From Octopus vulgaris (lineage: Eukaryota): DNA of 64,000 bases. A program made the translations under genes and the position numbers. The notes under the pieces were generated by a model. The model ran no database searches. It was not told where the DNA came from and was given only the letters and a program-made list of their open reading frames with translations. Positions 1 to 11,044 of this stretch are shown in pieces (the first letter of the stretch is position 1; the number at the start of each line of letters is the position of its first letter). The DNA lies in assembly GCA_951406725.2 (NCBI GenBank), contig OX597838.1, forward strand, positions 10,788,001 through 10,852,000, written 5' to 3'.

Positions 1-188
1 GAAGCAACAGAGTGATACAAGGTCTAAGAGTTTCGTGCATTGGCACTAGTGTCAATGCAAGAAATTCTTTGACCTTGAGTTACTCTGTTGCTTCTGCTAA
101 ACATTAATAAAAATTTACAAACACTCACATTTTGAGTTCAATTTTACCTGTTTGCACCAACATACGTATACATATACATACATACATA

Positions 189-242
<54 letters not shown>

Positions 243-271
243 CACACACACACATATATATATACACACAC

Positions 272-1645
272 ATCATCATCATCATCATCATCATTTAGCG
301 TCCGTTTTCCATGCTAGCATGGGTTGGACGGTTCTGCTGGGGTCTGTGAAGCCAGAAGGCTTCATCAGGCCCAGTCAAATCTGGCAGTGTTTCTACGGCT
401 GGATGCCCTTCCTAACGCCAACCACTCCGTGAGTGTAGTGGGTGCTTTTTACGTGCCACCCGCACTGGTGCCAGCCAGAGCTGGCAAACGGCCACGAACG
501 GATGGTGTTTTTTATGTGCCACCGGCACGAGGGCCAGGCGAGGCTGGCAACGAACACGAAACGGGGCGGTGCTGGCAACGGTCGCGAAACGGAAGGTTCT
601 CTTACATGCCACCGGCACTGGTAACACATCTGCAATTTCCATTGATCGATTTCCATTGATCGATTTCGATTCTGATCCTCACTTGCCTCAATGGGTCTTC
701 ACAAGCAGAGTTTCGACATGCCACCGGCACTGGTAGCACATCCGCAATTTCCATTGATCGATTTCGATTCTGATCCTCACTTGCCTCAACACGTCTTCAC
801 AAGTAGAGTTTTGTGTCCCAAGAAGGGAAGGTATGCATACGTAGGCTGGCTCCATCCCATGTAGAAGGCCACGGGTTGTGGACTCACTTGTCCTGCCGGG
901 TCTTCTCGCGTACAGCACACTTCCAGAGGTCTCGGTCTCTAGTCATTTCCTCGGTGAGACCTAAAGTTCGAAGGTCGTGCTTCACCACCTCGTCCCAGGT
1001 TTTCCTGGGTCTGCCTCTTCCACAGGTTCCCTCAACCGCTAGGGTGTGGCACTTTTTCACACAACTATCTTCATCCATTCTCGCCACATGACCATACCAG
1101 CGCAAACGTCTCTCTTGCACACCACAACTGATGCTTCTTAGGTCCAGCTTTTCTCTCAAGGTACTTACACTCTGCCGAGTGTGAGTACTGGCATTACACA
1201 TCCATCGGAGCATACTGGCTTCATTTCTAGCGAGCTTACGCATATCCTCAGCAGTCACGGCCCATGTTTCACTGCCATGTAGCATGGCTGTTCGTACACA
1301 CGCATCATACAGTCTGCCTTTCACTCTGTGCGAGAGGCCTTTGTCACCAGCAGAGGCAAGAGCTCTCTGAACTTTGCCCAAGCTATTCTTACTCTAGCAG
1401 TTACACTTTCAGCACACCCGCCCCCGCTGCTGACTTGGTCACCTAGGTAACGGAAACTATCAACTATTTCTAGTTTTTCTCCCTGGAAAGTGACAGAAGT
1501 TGGTCTCAGAGCATTTTCAGTGTTTATTGTTCCTGAGCATCTGCCACATACAAAAACCATCTTCCTAGTTAGCCTTCCTTTGACATTGCTGCATCTCTTA
1601 TGTGTCCATAGCTTACACTTGGTGCATCTTATAGAGTTTGGTGCA
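272..1645 (-). mobile_element. 5'-truncated RTE-clade LINE (RT C-terminus, 3' UTR, (TGA)n tail)
   Basis: ORFs 1321-1686 and 884-1381 join across a frameshift near 1340: Cys-rich CxxC..HxxC segment, 'VDSFRYLGD', 'MLHGSETW', 'RRLRWYGHV', 'GRGRPRKTW'. The 3' UTR has internal duplications and ends in (CAT)n on the + strand at 272-293. Confidence 0.9.
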
Positions 1646-1650
1646 TACGC

Positions 1651-1685
<35 letters not shown>

Positions 1686-2552
1686 TGCATATATAATCAT
1701 TTTTATATTTTAAGTCTAATAATTTTTTTTTGTATTATAGTGCTCACTTGCTTAGTAAAATATTGCTTTCATTATTTTATCACAGTCATAATCTCTCCTT
1801 TTTAAACAAACATCAAGGTAGTCCAACTACGTTTAATGTGCCAAAACATAGCAGTGATCACATAGAGATATTTTAATACCTACAGCATATCAAATAGCCA
1901 TAGCAACAAATTCACTTGCTAATTCTTAGATAACGATGGAAGGGAAATAAGTTACATGAGTCTGAGGCTTCAGTAAGTTTTAATAAGTTGTCCAATATAA
2001 TTTATTTTCAGTATGTATAAACAATAAACTGAGAGCAGTTACATAGCGAATTTATATTAATAAAATACCTGATTTACTCATCTGAAATAACGAAATAAAC
2101 TTGAAATGAAAAAACTACAATAAATATATATTAAGTAGAATGTTATTAATGAAAACAATTAGAGGCAGGAGAATTAGAAGGTGAGAGACTGTGTTGCAAA
2201 TGAAAATGAAAAATTTTGCCAGAACATATTAATATTGTTTATCAAATATTGAAACTTACTCTGTAGGGAACGTAAAGCTTGGCAACAAATTTTAAAATTT
2301 GTGATAGTAAATAGTAACAGATGCTTTGAAAGTGACTTTTTATCAATATATATTAACAGAGGAATTTGTAAAAATTTTCCAGAGATTCAAACCTATAATA
2401 TGGTTGTTATGGAAGCTGTGATTAATTAACTAATGGACATCACGGAAATTTATATGTAGATATATAACTAGTCAATTTGTTATATATATTTATCAGTAAT
2501 AATTGGTAGAACTTACATAGGTGTGCATAGATTGATAGCTGGGTGGATGGGG

Positions 2553-2586
<34 letters not shown>

Positions 2587-2660
2587 GTCTGGTGCTGTGG
2601 GAACACATGGGAATGGCGTTTCCTTACTTTTTCAAACATATCCAAATTTAAAATGATCTT

Positions 2661-2907
2661 CATCATCATCGTTTAATGTCCGCTTTCCATGCTAGCATGG
2701 GTTGGACGGTTCAACTGGGGTCTGGAAAGCCTGAAGGCTGCACCAGGCTCCAGTCTGATCTGGCAGTGTTTCTACAGCTTGATGCCCTTCCTAACGCCAA
2801 CTACTCCGTGAGTGTAGTGGGTGCTTTTTATGTGCCACCGACACAGGTGCCAGATGAGGCTGGTGAATGGCCACGCTCGGATGGTGCTTTTTACGTGCTA
2901 CCGGCAT
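2661..2907 (-). mobile_element. RTE 3'-tail-derived short element
   Basis: Same sequence as the RTE 3' UTR at 293-460 (catcatcat...ttccatgctagcatgggttggacgg...gatgcccttcctaacgccaac). Confidence 0.85.
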
Positions 2908-3059
2908 CTTACATAACGATATCATTCGTTTGGCTTGTGTTGAAATATACCAAAACAAATTAATTCCTCACAAATGTATGTAACTTTACATATAATTTAT
3001 CTGTTAATTCTATTTACTCAAACTTGCTAAAATGCTTAGTTTGCTTTAAAGAAGTATCT

Positions 3060-4240
3060 CCTTGTAGACACAATTGTCAGTAATCATACTGTTTCCATTT
3101 CTCTCAGCCAATATCTTTACATTAGCCTTCTTTCGAACTCTAGATTATGCAACATACAGCTGACCATATGAGAAGAATTGTCGGAAGATATATTCCAATT
3201 TGTTCAAAAGTCTGTCTCTGTGCCTTGTTGCATGTCAAGGCAAAAGCTGGCTTGACTGGAAATTGTTTGCATGTAAATGTAAATGGAAATTCCATTTCTT
3301 GAGCCATATGTGGTATTCTTTGGATTAGCAGAGTTGATCCCGCATAAGTTGATCCCCAGAAGCAACCTCAGCCTCGATAGCTTGATCATGTGAACTGACA
3401 ATGATGTAGAGTGTGCCATTGCAATGTCCATTAGTAGCATCTAAATTTGTCAGAAGCATTATGCAGCATTTTTTCTTCAGTTTGAGAATGTGATGGTGTA
3501 AGTTTGTTGATGAATTCAATTGGGTACAGAGTTTCATTATCAACTATATCTGAGCTTCAGTATATTTTTAGCTCACCAGGGGATCCTAGTCAACAGAAAA
3601 TCATTCACAAATTGTGCTGCTTCATCTGTTGGAGTAACAATGGTTCTATTTGCAAGCTACACAGGGTTTGTGAAGTTATTTTTGAGGTCAGCCTATATAA
3701 AATCACACAGATCTGAAATGGTACCACTTTCAGAGCAAGGGTCATTGGGTAGTTTGATTTTGAATTCACCTAGGATTTGTTCAACAGAAATGTTACCATT
3801 TCCTACATCAAGAAGGTAATTAGCAAACTCTCTTTGATCAGAATGACCTTCTGTAAGAAGTCTCAGATTGGTTGTCAACTCCACTACTTCCACATGATCG
3901 CAAAGAAAAGATCTCTTTAGTGTTGCATCGACAATTTGTGATCTGACACCATTATTTTGAAGTAGAATATTCTCCTCTCAAGGTACCCTAACCAGTCGGT
4001 CATGTGTAGCGGAAACAGAATCATGTTCACATCTCCGTGCATATTCAGGCATCTGTTTCAGTCGCTTTGCCCTAGTTTCATCCGATTCAGTTGTCCGTCT
4101 TACTCTCTGCCATTGTGCCTTTGCAGCTAAATTTTCTTTTTCAGTTGCATATTTTTTTGGATGTTCCACGTTCAATTGCAAAACGAAAATAAACATGAAA
4201 AGGAAAAAACTGTATAAGCGAAACCTCACTAAAAACTACC
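3060..4240 (-). mobile_element. Degenerate, internally deleted Helitron (Pif1-like helicase fragments and N-terminal Arg/Glu-rich repeat)
   Basis: Fragments 'LTTNLRL...EFANYLLDVGNG' and 'HHILKLKK', FPF..FALT.NKAQ- and GQLYVA-like segments with stops and frameshifts, and 'RRTTESDETRAKRL'. Confidence 0.8.
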
Positions 4241-4670
4241 TTATTTAGCATGCTAGAAATAGCAGCAATCACATAGTTATTATTGTAAGGCTTATAGCGT
4301 TCCAAGTAGCCATACCAACAAAATCACGTCTTCATTAAAAAAAAAAAATAACACTAGTATATTAAAGAATTTTCATTTCATCAAATATATTCATTAAATT
4401 TAATTTATATTTATACTGTGAAATTTGATTTAATCCTAAATCTAATTTTTCCCTGTAAGTTTGGATTTACTCCCTAATGATATTATATATATATATAATT
4501 TATAAGTAAGGGCAAAAGGAAAAATTTCTAATGCCAAAATATGCCGAAAATAGACACAACGTCAATAACCATGAAACTACAAACACGTGTTTCGAAGAAA
4601 GCCGACAGAAATCTCTAAAAAATCCCGTTATTACCATATCAGACCCGATTTCAGAGTTAGTTCATAAGAA

Positions 4671-4704
<34 letters not shown>

Positions 4705-4708
<4 letters not shown>

Positions 4709-4880
4709 AGGTGCTTTCCAGAAGTTTTTAGACATTTTTAGGAGAGACATTTGTAGATTTCAAAGAACAAAACTCTAATCTCTTTCAAAGTGTGATTCTC
4801 TGACTTCAATGCCCTTGTTACAGCACTCCGGCCACTTCATGAAGCCCCAGTGCAAGTCCTCCAGGATCCTTGTTACTAAT
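4705..4880 (-). mobile_element. mariner-like transposon 3' remnant
   Basis: Minus strand reads like a mariner transposase C-terminus (FMKWPECCNKGIEVRESHFERD*), followed by a TIR-like end abutting (TA)n. Confidence 0.55.
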
Positions 4881-5342
4881 TCCTTCATCTTCTCTTTCAG
4901 CTTGGGGGGTGGGGGGCAACTACAAGTTACAGGGAGCAAGGTCTGGATTGTAGAGAGAGAGAGAATGAGGGACAGTTTTGACAGCCTTTGAAAACCAGCA
5001 CAAATGATTAGGGCAAACTTATGAAAATAATTTCGACAGGTGAAGGATTAACCCTGCTTGCAGGCAGTTTACCATAGTGATGTCCTCACCAGGAATTTTT
5101 TCCTACATTTAACAGATGTGATATATTTGGAAGAGATTTGGCTTTATGGCTAAGAAGCTCATTTCATAACCATGTGATTTTGAGTTCAGTCCCACTGTGT
5201 GGCACCCTGGGCAAGTATATTGTACTATAACTTTGTGCTGACAAATAATGTCTTCTGGTCGAAGGAATTTGGTAGATGGAAGCTGTAAGTTTGTGTGTGT
5301 GTGTGTTTGTATGTGTACTTGTGTGCACACATGTGTATGAAG

Positions 5343-5640
5343 GTGCATGGCTCACAAGTTAAAGTGTTGGTCTCACAATCATGAGGTAGTGAGTTCGATT
5401 CCCAGACCTGGTTGTGTGTTGTGTTCTTGAGCAATACACTTCATTTCAGCTGTAGAAATGAGTTGTGATGTCACTGGTGCCAAGCCGTATCGGCCCCTTT
5501 GTCTTTTCTTTGGATAACATCGGTGGTGTGGAGAAGGGAGTCCGGTATGCATGGCTGACTGCTGGTCTTCCATAAACAACTTTGCCTGGATCTGTGCCTC
5601 AGAGGGGAACTTTTCAAGTGGGGTTATATTTCCCCATGGC
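5343..5640 (+). mobile_element. tRNA-derived SINE (V-domain-like core)
   Basis: A/B-box-like head (tggctcacaagttaa...gagttcgattccc) followed by gttgtgttcttgagcaatacactt; related copies near 23110 and 46460-46870. Confidence 0.6.
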
Positions 5641-6595
5641 CAGATATACTCTCACAGTATATTGGTAATGAATGAAACTGTTTCATTGACAGTGATAATC
5701 AATAATAATAAATCACATGATGTCATGAAAAGGGTACACGCGCACACACACACACACAATGGGTTTATTTCAGTTTCCATCTATCAAATCCACTCAAAAG
5801 ACTTAGGCTGTCTTGACAATATAAGAGAAAACACTCGCCCTCAAGGTGCCATGCACCTTACCATGCAGTAGGACTGAAACAGATGCCTGAATATGCACGG
5901 AGATGTGAACATAATTCTGTTTCCGCTACACATGACCGACTGGTTAGGGTATCTTGAGAGAACATTCTACTTCAAAATAATGGAGTCAGATCATAAATTG
6001 TGGTTGGGAACCATGTGGCCTGTCTTCATATATTTATCACAATGCTACTTTATTGCACTATATTCTGCATGGCCAGATCTTGAGACACAAATGCTAGGAA
6101 ATCAATTTACTGGTGAACTGACATGACCAATAAACAAAGCAGACAGTCAATAGGGTAAAAACAAGTCTTATCGGTAGCAATCCAGTAATGGATTAAGAGA
6201 CATTTAGCTATCAATTTCCATTAGATCAAAAGTGAGGCTTCTCAGGTTATGGACAACATTAGTGATAAATATCTTAAGAATATATATCTTTTATGGAGTG
6301 GGGCAAAATAGGGTTGATGAGCTGACTATGAAACAGGACTCACGTATGGTTAATAAATCATCTGCAATGTGAGCTGTGTCATATTTTCAAACACATGAAA
6401 GTCTTCCTTCTTCCTCTTTCTGAATAATAACATAGATATATATATATACATTTATCATCATCATTGTTTAGCGTCCACTCTCCATGGTGACATGGGTCGG
6501 ACGGTTTGACACGGAGGTGGCTTGCAGGGAGCTGTCCAGATTCCAACTGTCTGTTTTGGTATGGTTTCTACAGTTGGATATAATGATGATGATGA

Positions 6596-6647
<52 letters not shown>

Positions 6648-6798
6648 CATGACAGGCTTCTTTCAGTTTCTGTCTACCAAATCCTCTCACAAGGCTTTGG
6701 TTGGCCTGGGGCTACAATAGAAGACACTTGCCCAAAGTTCCACGTATTGGGGCTGAACCCAGAATCATGTGGTTGGGAAGGAACCTCCTTATCACACA

Positions 6799-7127
6799 GC
6801 CATGACCCTCTCCATCACCTTCATCACCTGATCCAGCAGTTTGATATCCCTGTAGTTATTTCTATCTAGAGTACACATTTGTACATTTCTCACCTGTGTC
6901 ATTACAATTTTCTCTCACACACAGTCTTGCAATCTGCAATACCTCAGTTCTTTGGTCCTCACGTCATAGGACATTGGCAAACTTCTTCTTTTCTGCTTTG
7001 CCCTTGGCTATGTACACCTGCCGCCCAGCTTCTCTTTTGGCTACCTGGTACAGTTCCCTGCTACCCCCACCCTTCCAGGCCTGTTTCTTTGCTCTAATGG
7101 CTTTGTCTACCATACTAAACCACCACC
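6799..7127 (-). mobile_element. RTE LINE internal fragment
   Basis: Minus strand encodes 'NYRDIKLLDQVMKVMERV', an RT domain-start motif. Confidence 0.7.
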
Positions 7128-7169
<42 letters not shown>

Positions 7170-7283
7170 CCAGTTGTTAAGTATCCCATCTATGAGGGAT
7201 CAATGCTAGATGTGTTGAAACAATTGTAGTGAGTAATAAAAATTCTTGTATCTTCCATTTGCCATATATATATATATATATAT

Positions 7284-7488
7284 GTGACTGCGTGTGTATT
7301 GTTGGCAATTTTTTTCCTCCATCTTCCCTTCCTTGGATCTTTCCTTTTCCTATGTTTCTGACGAAGAGCTCCGCTCGAAACGTTAAATCCTCTTTCTTTC
7401 TTTTCCTGAGCATCCAATAACACTATACTTGTTCCATGTCCTCGCGTTGTTGTGTTTTCTCTTTGTGTTTTCATGTTTGGATTAATTC
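7284..7488 (+). mobile_element. Penelope-like (pLTR) element fragment between microsatellite tracts, carrying a minimal hammerhead motif
   Basis: Bounded by (TA)n and (CT)n/(TA)n; contains CTGACGA-A-GAGC-TCC-GCTC-GAAACGTT; lies next to a PLE RT fragment. Confidence 0.7.
7354..7388 (+). ncRNA. Minimal (PLE-type) hammerhead ribozyme motif
   Basis: Intact core CUGACGA...GAAA, 4-bp stem II (GAGC/GCUC), palindromic stem III AACGUU, short stem I GUUU/AAAU. Confidence 0.6.
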
Positions 7489-7536
7489 TCTCTCTCTCTC
7501 TGCATATATATATATATATATATATACACACAAGAG

Positions 7537-8010
7537 TTACGGAATGGTTTTTGCTCCGGGCTTAGTTGAGAGAGGAATGTCCCACGTGGGTATGCATTCA
7601 ATTGTGTGTTTATATCCAGCATGTTGTAGAGCACAGTTGTAGTATTCAGCATGTTGATCAAATAAATCTTGAACAGTAGATAATGAGGAGATCTGGTAGG
7701 ATACACTATCTACAATAGACTTTAGGACAGAGTTGGGGTGGTTGGAGAAGTTCACATAGTGGAGGTTTTCCCTAGACTTGTGATATGATTGGAAGGTTTC
7801 GCTTTGCAAGTGCAGAGCAATGTCTGAGAAATTAGTGGTTTTGACAGTGTTACAGAAAACGATGTTTATAAAGAAGCTTCTTAAAATTTTTTTAGTTCGT
7901 CTGATTATCCAGTCACTAGAATTTTGGATAGCAAACAGAGCATCATCTCTGAATAGACCACCAGAGATGTTGGCAAATTGTATCTTTGCAGGCCCAGGAT
8001 TTCCCATCAC
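7537..8010 (-). mobile_element. Penelope-like element reverse transcriptase fragment
   Basis: 'GLFRDDAL', 'TTNFSDIALHL...FQSYHK...HYVNFSNHP..VLKSIV.SVSYQISSLS....F......Y..AL..AGY' follows the PLE RT C-terminal/thumb pattern. Confidence 0.85.
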
Positions 8011-8560
8011 AAGATATGATATTTAGGTGGGCACTTATTTAGTGCTGTTGACACCACTTATTTTAATGATGATATGTAAAATTAAAATTACAATCATCAT
8101 TGAAAAAAAAAACTAAGATTTCAATGGTAAAAATAAAGATACACACACACACACACAAGGGAATAAGAATTTCAAACTCCAGCAGATACTTTATAAGTAC
8201 TCTATGGTAATCCAAACTTGGCTAACTAGAATGACTGTTGAGAAACATTAGGATCCATGGAGATGAGGAAGGGTGTACCTTGTGAATGATATGCTGGCAT
8301 TTATCTTATAGTTCTATGTAATAACTATAATTGATTTAATGTGAATTTATTACCATGCAAAATAATCCATTTACGTATTAAGCAACACTAGCATATCAGA
8401 AACGTACGTTAGCAATATATGCAATAGATTATCAATTAAAATGTGCAATTCTCCATTCTTCTTTGTGTTTTATATATATATATATATATACATGCATATA
8501 TATATATATATATACACATATATAAATATCTATATATATATATATATGCATGTATGTATG

Positions 8561-8752
8561 TATTGTTTGATGTACACAATATATAGTTATGAGCTACTTG
8601 TAGTTTCATATATTGGAGATGTTATCTAGGCAGGTTTTATTAACACACCTAGTATCTCCAAGCAACCTCCAGGCTCTGCCTAGATAACATCTCCAATGTA
8701 TGAAACTGACAGTAACTCATAGCTATATATATATTGTGTACATTAAACAATA
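8561..8752. repeat. Inverted repeat (~73-77-bp arms, ~42-bp loop)
   Basis: tattgtttgatgtacacaat...gatgttatctaggcag pairs with ctgcctagataacatctcc...ttgtgtacattaaacaata. Confidence 0.9.
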
Positions 8753-9412
8753 TTTATCCCTCACTAGATGGAGTACTTTTTTTTGTTGATCTTACTTTAA
8801 TGATGATATGTAAAAGTAAAATTATAATAATTATTAAAAAAAAAAGAAAAGAAAAACAAAACAAGCTAAGATTTCAATAGTTAAAATAAAGATAAATAAA
8901 TATAATTAATATTCAGGAAAAATAAAGACAATTAATGGAAAAATAAATATGATTCAAAACAAAGTAAGCAAAAATAAAAACAAAAAACCCAAAAAACAAA
9001 ACAGGAGTAAATTAAACAAAACTTGTTGATATAGTTTAAATAAACAGAAAAAAAACAGAATAATTAAATTGCAAAAAAACAAACAAACAAAAAATGATAA
9101 AATAAAATAAAAAAATAATAATTTGCATTATAAAAGGGGAAAGAAGCAAAGGAGGATAAGGGAGGAAACAAATTAACATTAAAAAAAACAAAAACAATAT
9201 TAAAAAAATAATGGTTGATAAAATTGCAACAATTAGGAATATTTGTGCAAAAGCAAAAAGTGATTTTTACATATTTAGCTGGAAGCAATTAGTAACTAAA
9301 ATGGTCCTTTCAGAAAGCCAGAGGGAGACAGGGAAGAAAGGAGAAAGGAAAAAAAAAAAAAAATGAAAAAAACAATCCGCAGAGTCTAAAGCCAGAGAAC
9401 AAATTCAAGATG

Positions 9413-9464
<52 letters not shown>

Positions 9465-9513
9465 CACATATATATGTAAAACTACACCAACACTACTTCT
9501 ATTTGAGTGTGAT

Positions 9514-9566
<53 letters not shown>

Positions 9567-9684
9567 CAACACTACTTCTATTTCATACTTGAAAATATAT
9601 CTATATTTACAAGCATAGAAATATATGTGCCCCAGCATGGCCACAGCTCATGAGCTGAAACTAAAAAATCAAAAATCAAATATA

Positions 9685-9723
<39 letters not shown>

Positions 9724-10534
9724 ATATGTGTGTGTGTGTGTGTGTAGACAAACCTTAAGAATATCAAGAAAAATAAGTGGACGAGAGGAATTAATTATAA
9801 AACTTAGTTAACATAAGCAAGAAGTAAATGAAATATGGAAATATATCAACTAATTTAATATGTAACAACATGGAAAAGCTACTGTGAATCTAAAAGCTTT
9901 AATTAGCTATTGTAAGTTTGAAGATTTTTCACAGACAAGAACATCACTATTTATTCATTATTAAGTATTCTTTGTCTCTGTTATATCATCAGGTGAAATG
10001 ACATGTTTTGCTTCAATTACACAGTGTAACGCTATTTTTGTCCTTGGGTAGCAACTGTTATTTACTATTTGCTCCCTTTAAGAAAGTTTGAAAAATGGCT
10101 AATATTTCCTTTAAACTTTGCCTTTGTTATGATATTTATTCAAACCCCAAACAATCCCTCTCAACATATGGTTATGATGCTCCCCCACTACTCCTGCTCA
10201 TCATCAGAGATGCACATATTGTCAGCCACTAAGGGCCATGCTCAACTGGTTATGGTCAAGCAACTGACAAGCAGATCTGTGGTATTGAGCAGAATATTTG
10301 CTATAATGATATTTCTGCTTCAGTAACTCAGTGCTGGAATGTAATGGAAAATTGGTCAGTTTCAAAATATTGATGTCCAGGACACAAAAGCAAAGTTTGA
10401 AAGGAATAATAGTACTCTCCTTTGATTTCTGGATAGAAGCTAATAGGAAATAACACTTATCGACCAAGGATGAAAAAAAAAGAAGAAATTTTTACATTTA
10501 TTTTTAAAGTATTATCTACTGACAATTTAGTTTT

Positions 10535-10795
10535 AAGATGTCTTGTGGTGTTTTAGACTCTTTCAACATCTGACCTCCTAGTCTAGTTGACCCAGCTGGG
10601 GTTGATCATGTCCCAGCTTGCATCCAAATAGCAGCAAACCCTTGGTCTGCCATCTTTATCCAAAGTCACCTTGTGGCATTCTTTAACTGCAGCTTTAGTA
10701 ATGGCATTTACGGCCCTCTTCTTTGCTGCACCAGTAACTCCAAGCTCAGCCAGAGCTTTCCAGAAACGAATGCCCGCACAAAACCTCAGCAACTC
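10535..10795 (-). mobile_element. Hero-like (restriction-like endonuclease) non-LTR retrotransposon 3' fragment
   Basis: 'FWKALAELGVTGAAKKRAVNAITKAAVK' resembles the Hero ORF C-terminus, followed by gatcaaccccagctgggtca...gatgttgaaa as in Hero 3' UTRs (recalled, not searched). Confidence 0.6.
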
Positions 10796-10988
10796 AAAAG
10801 TAACTCTGGTTTATCAAATCTTAGTTTGTTTTTTGTCCCCTCAAAATGTCTGAGTTTAAATGTAATTTTTTCTACTTGCTTCACCTTACCTAGCTGTTAA
10901 TAAAAAGTACCAACCCTAGAAACCTGGGAAGGGAAAGAGAAGGGAAAAAACACTCAGAGAAAAAGATAGATAGATAGATAGATAGATT

Positions 10989-11044
<56 letters not shown>

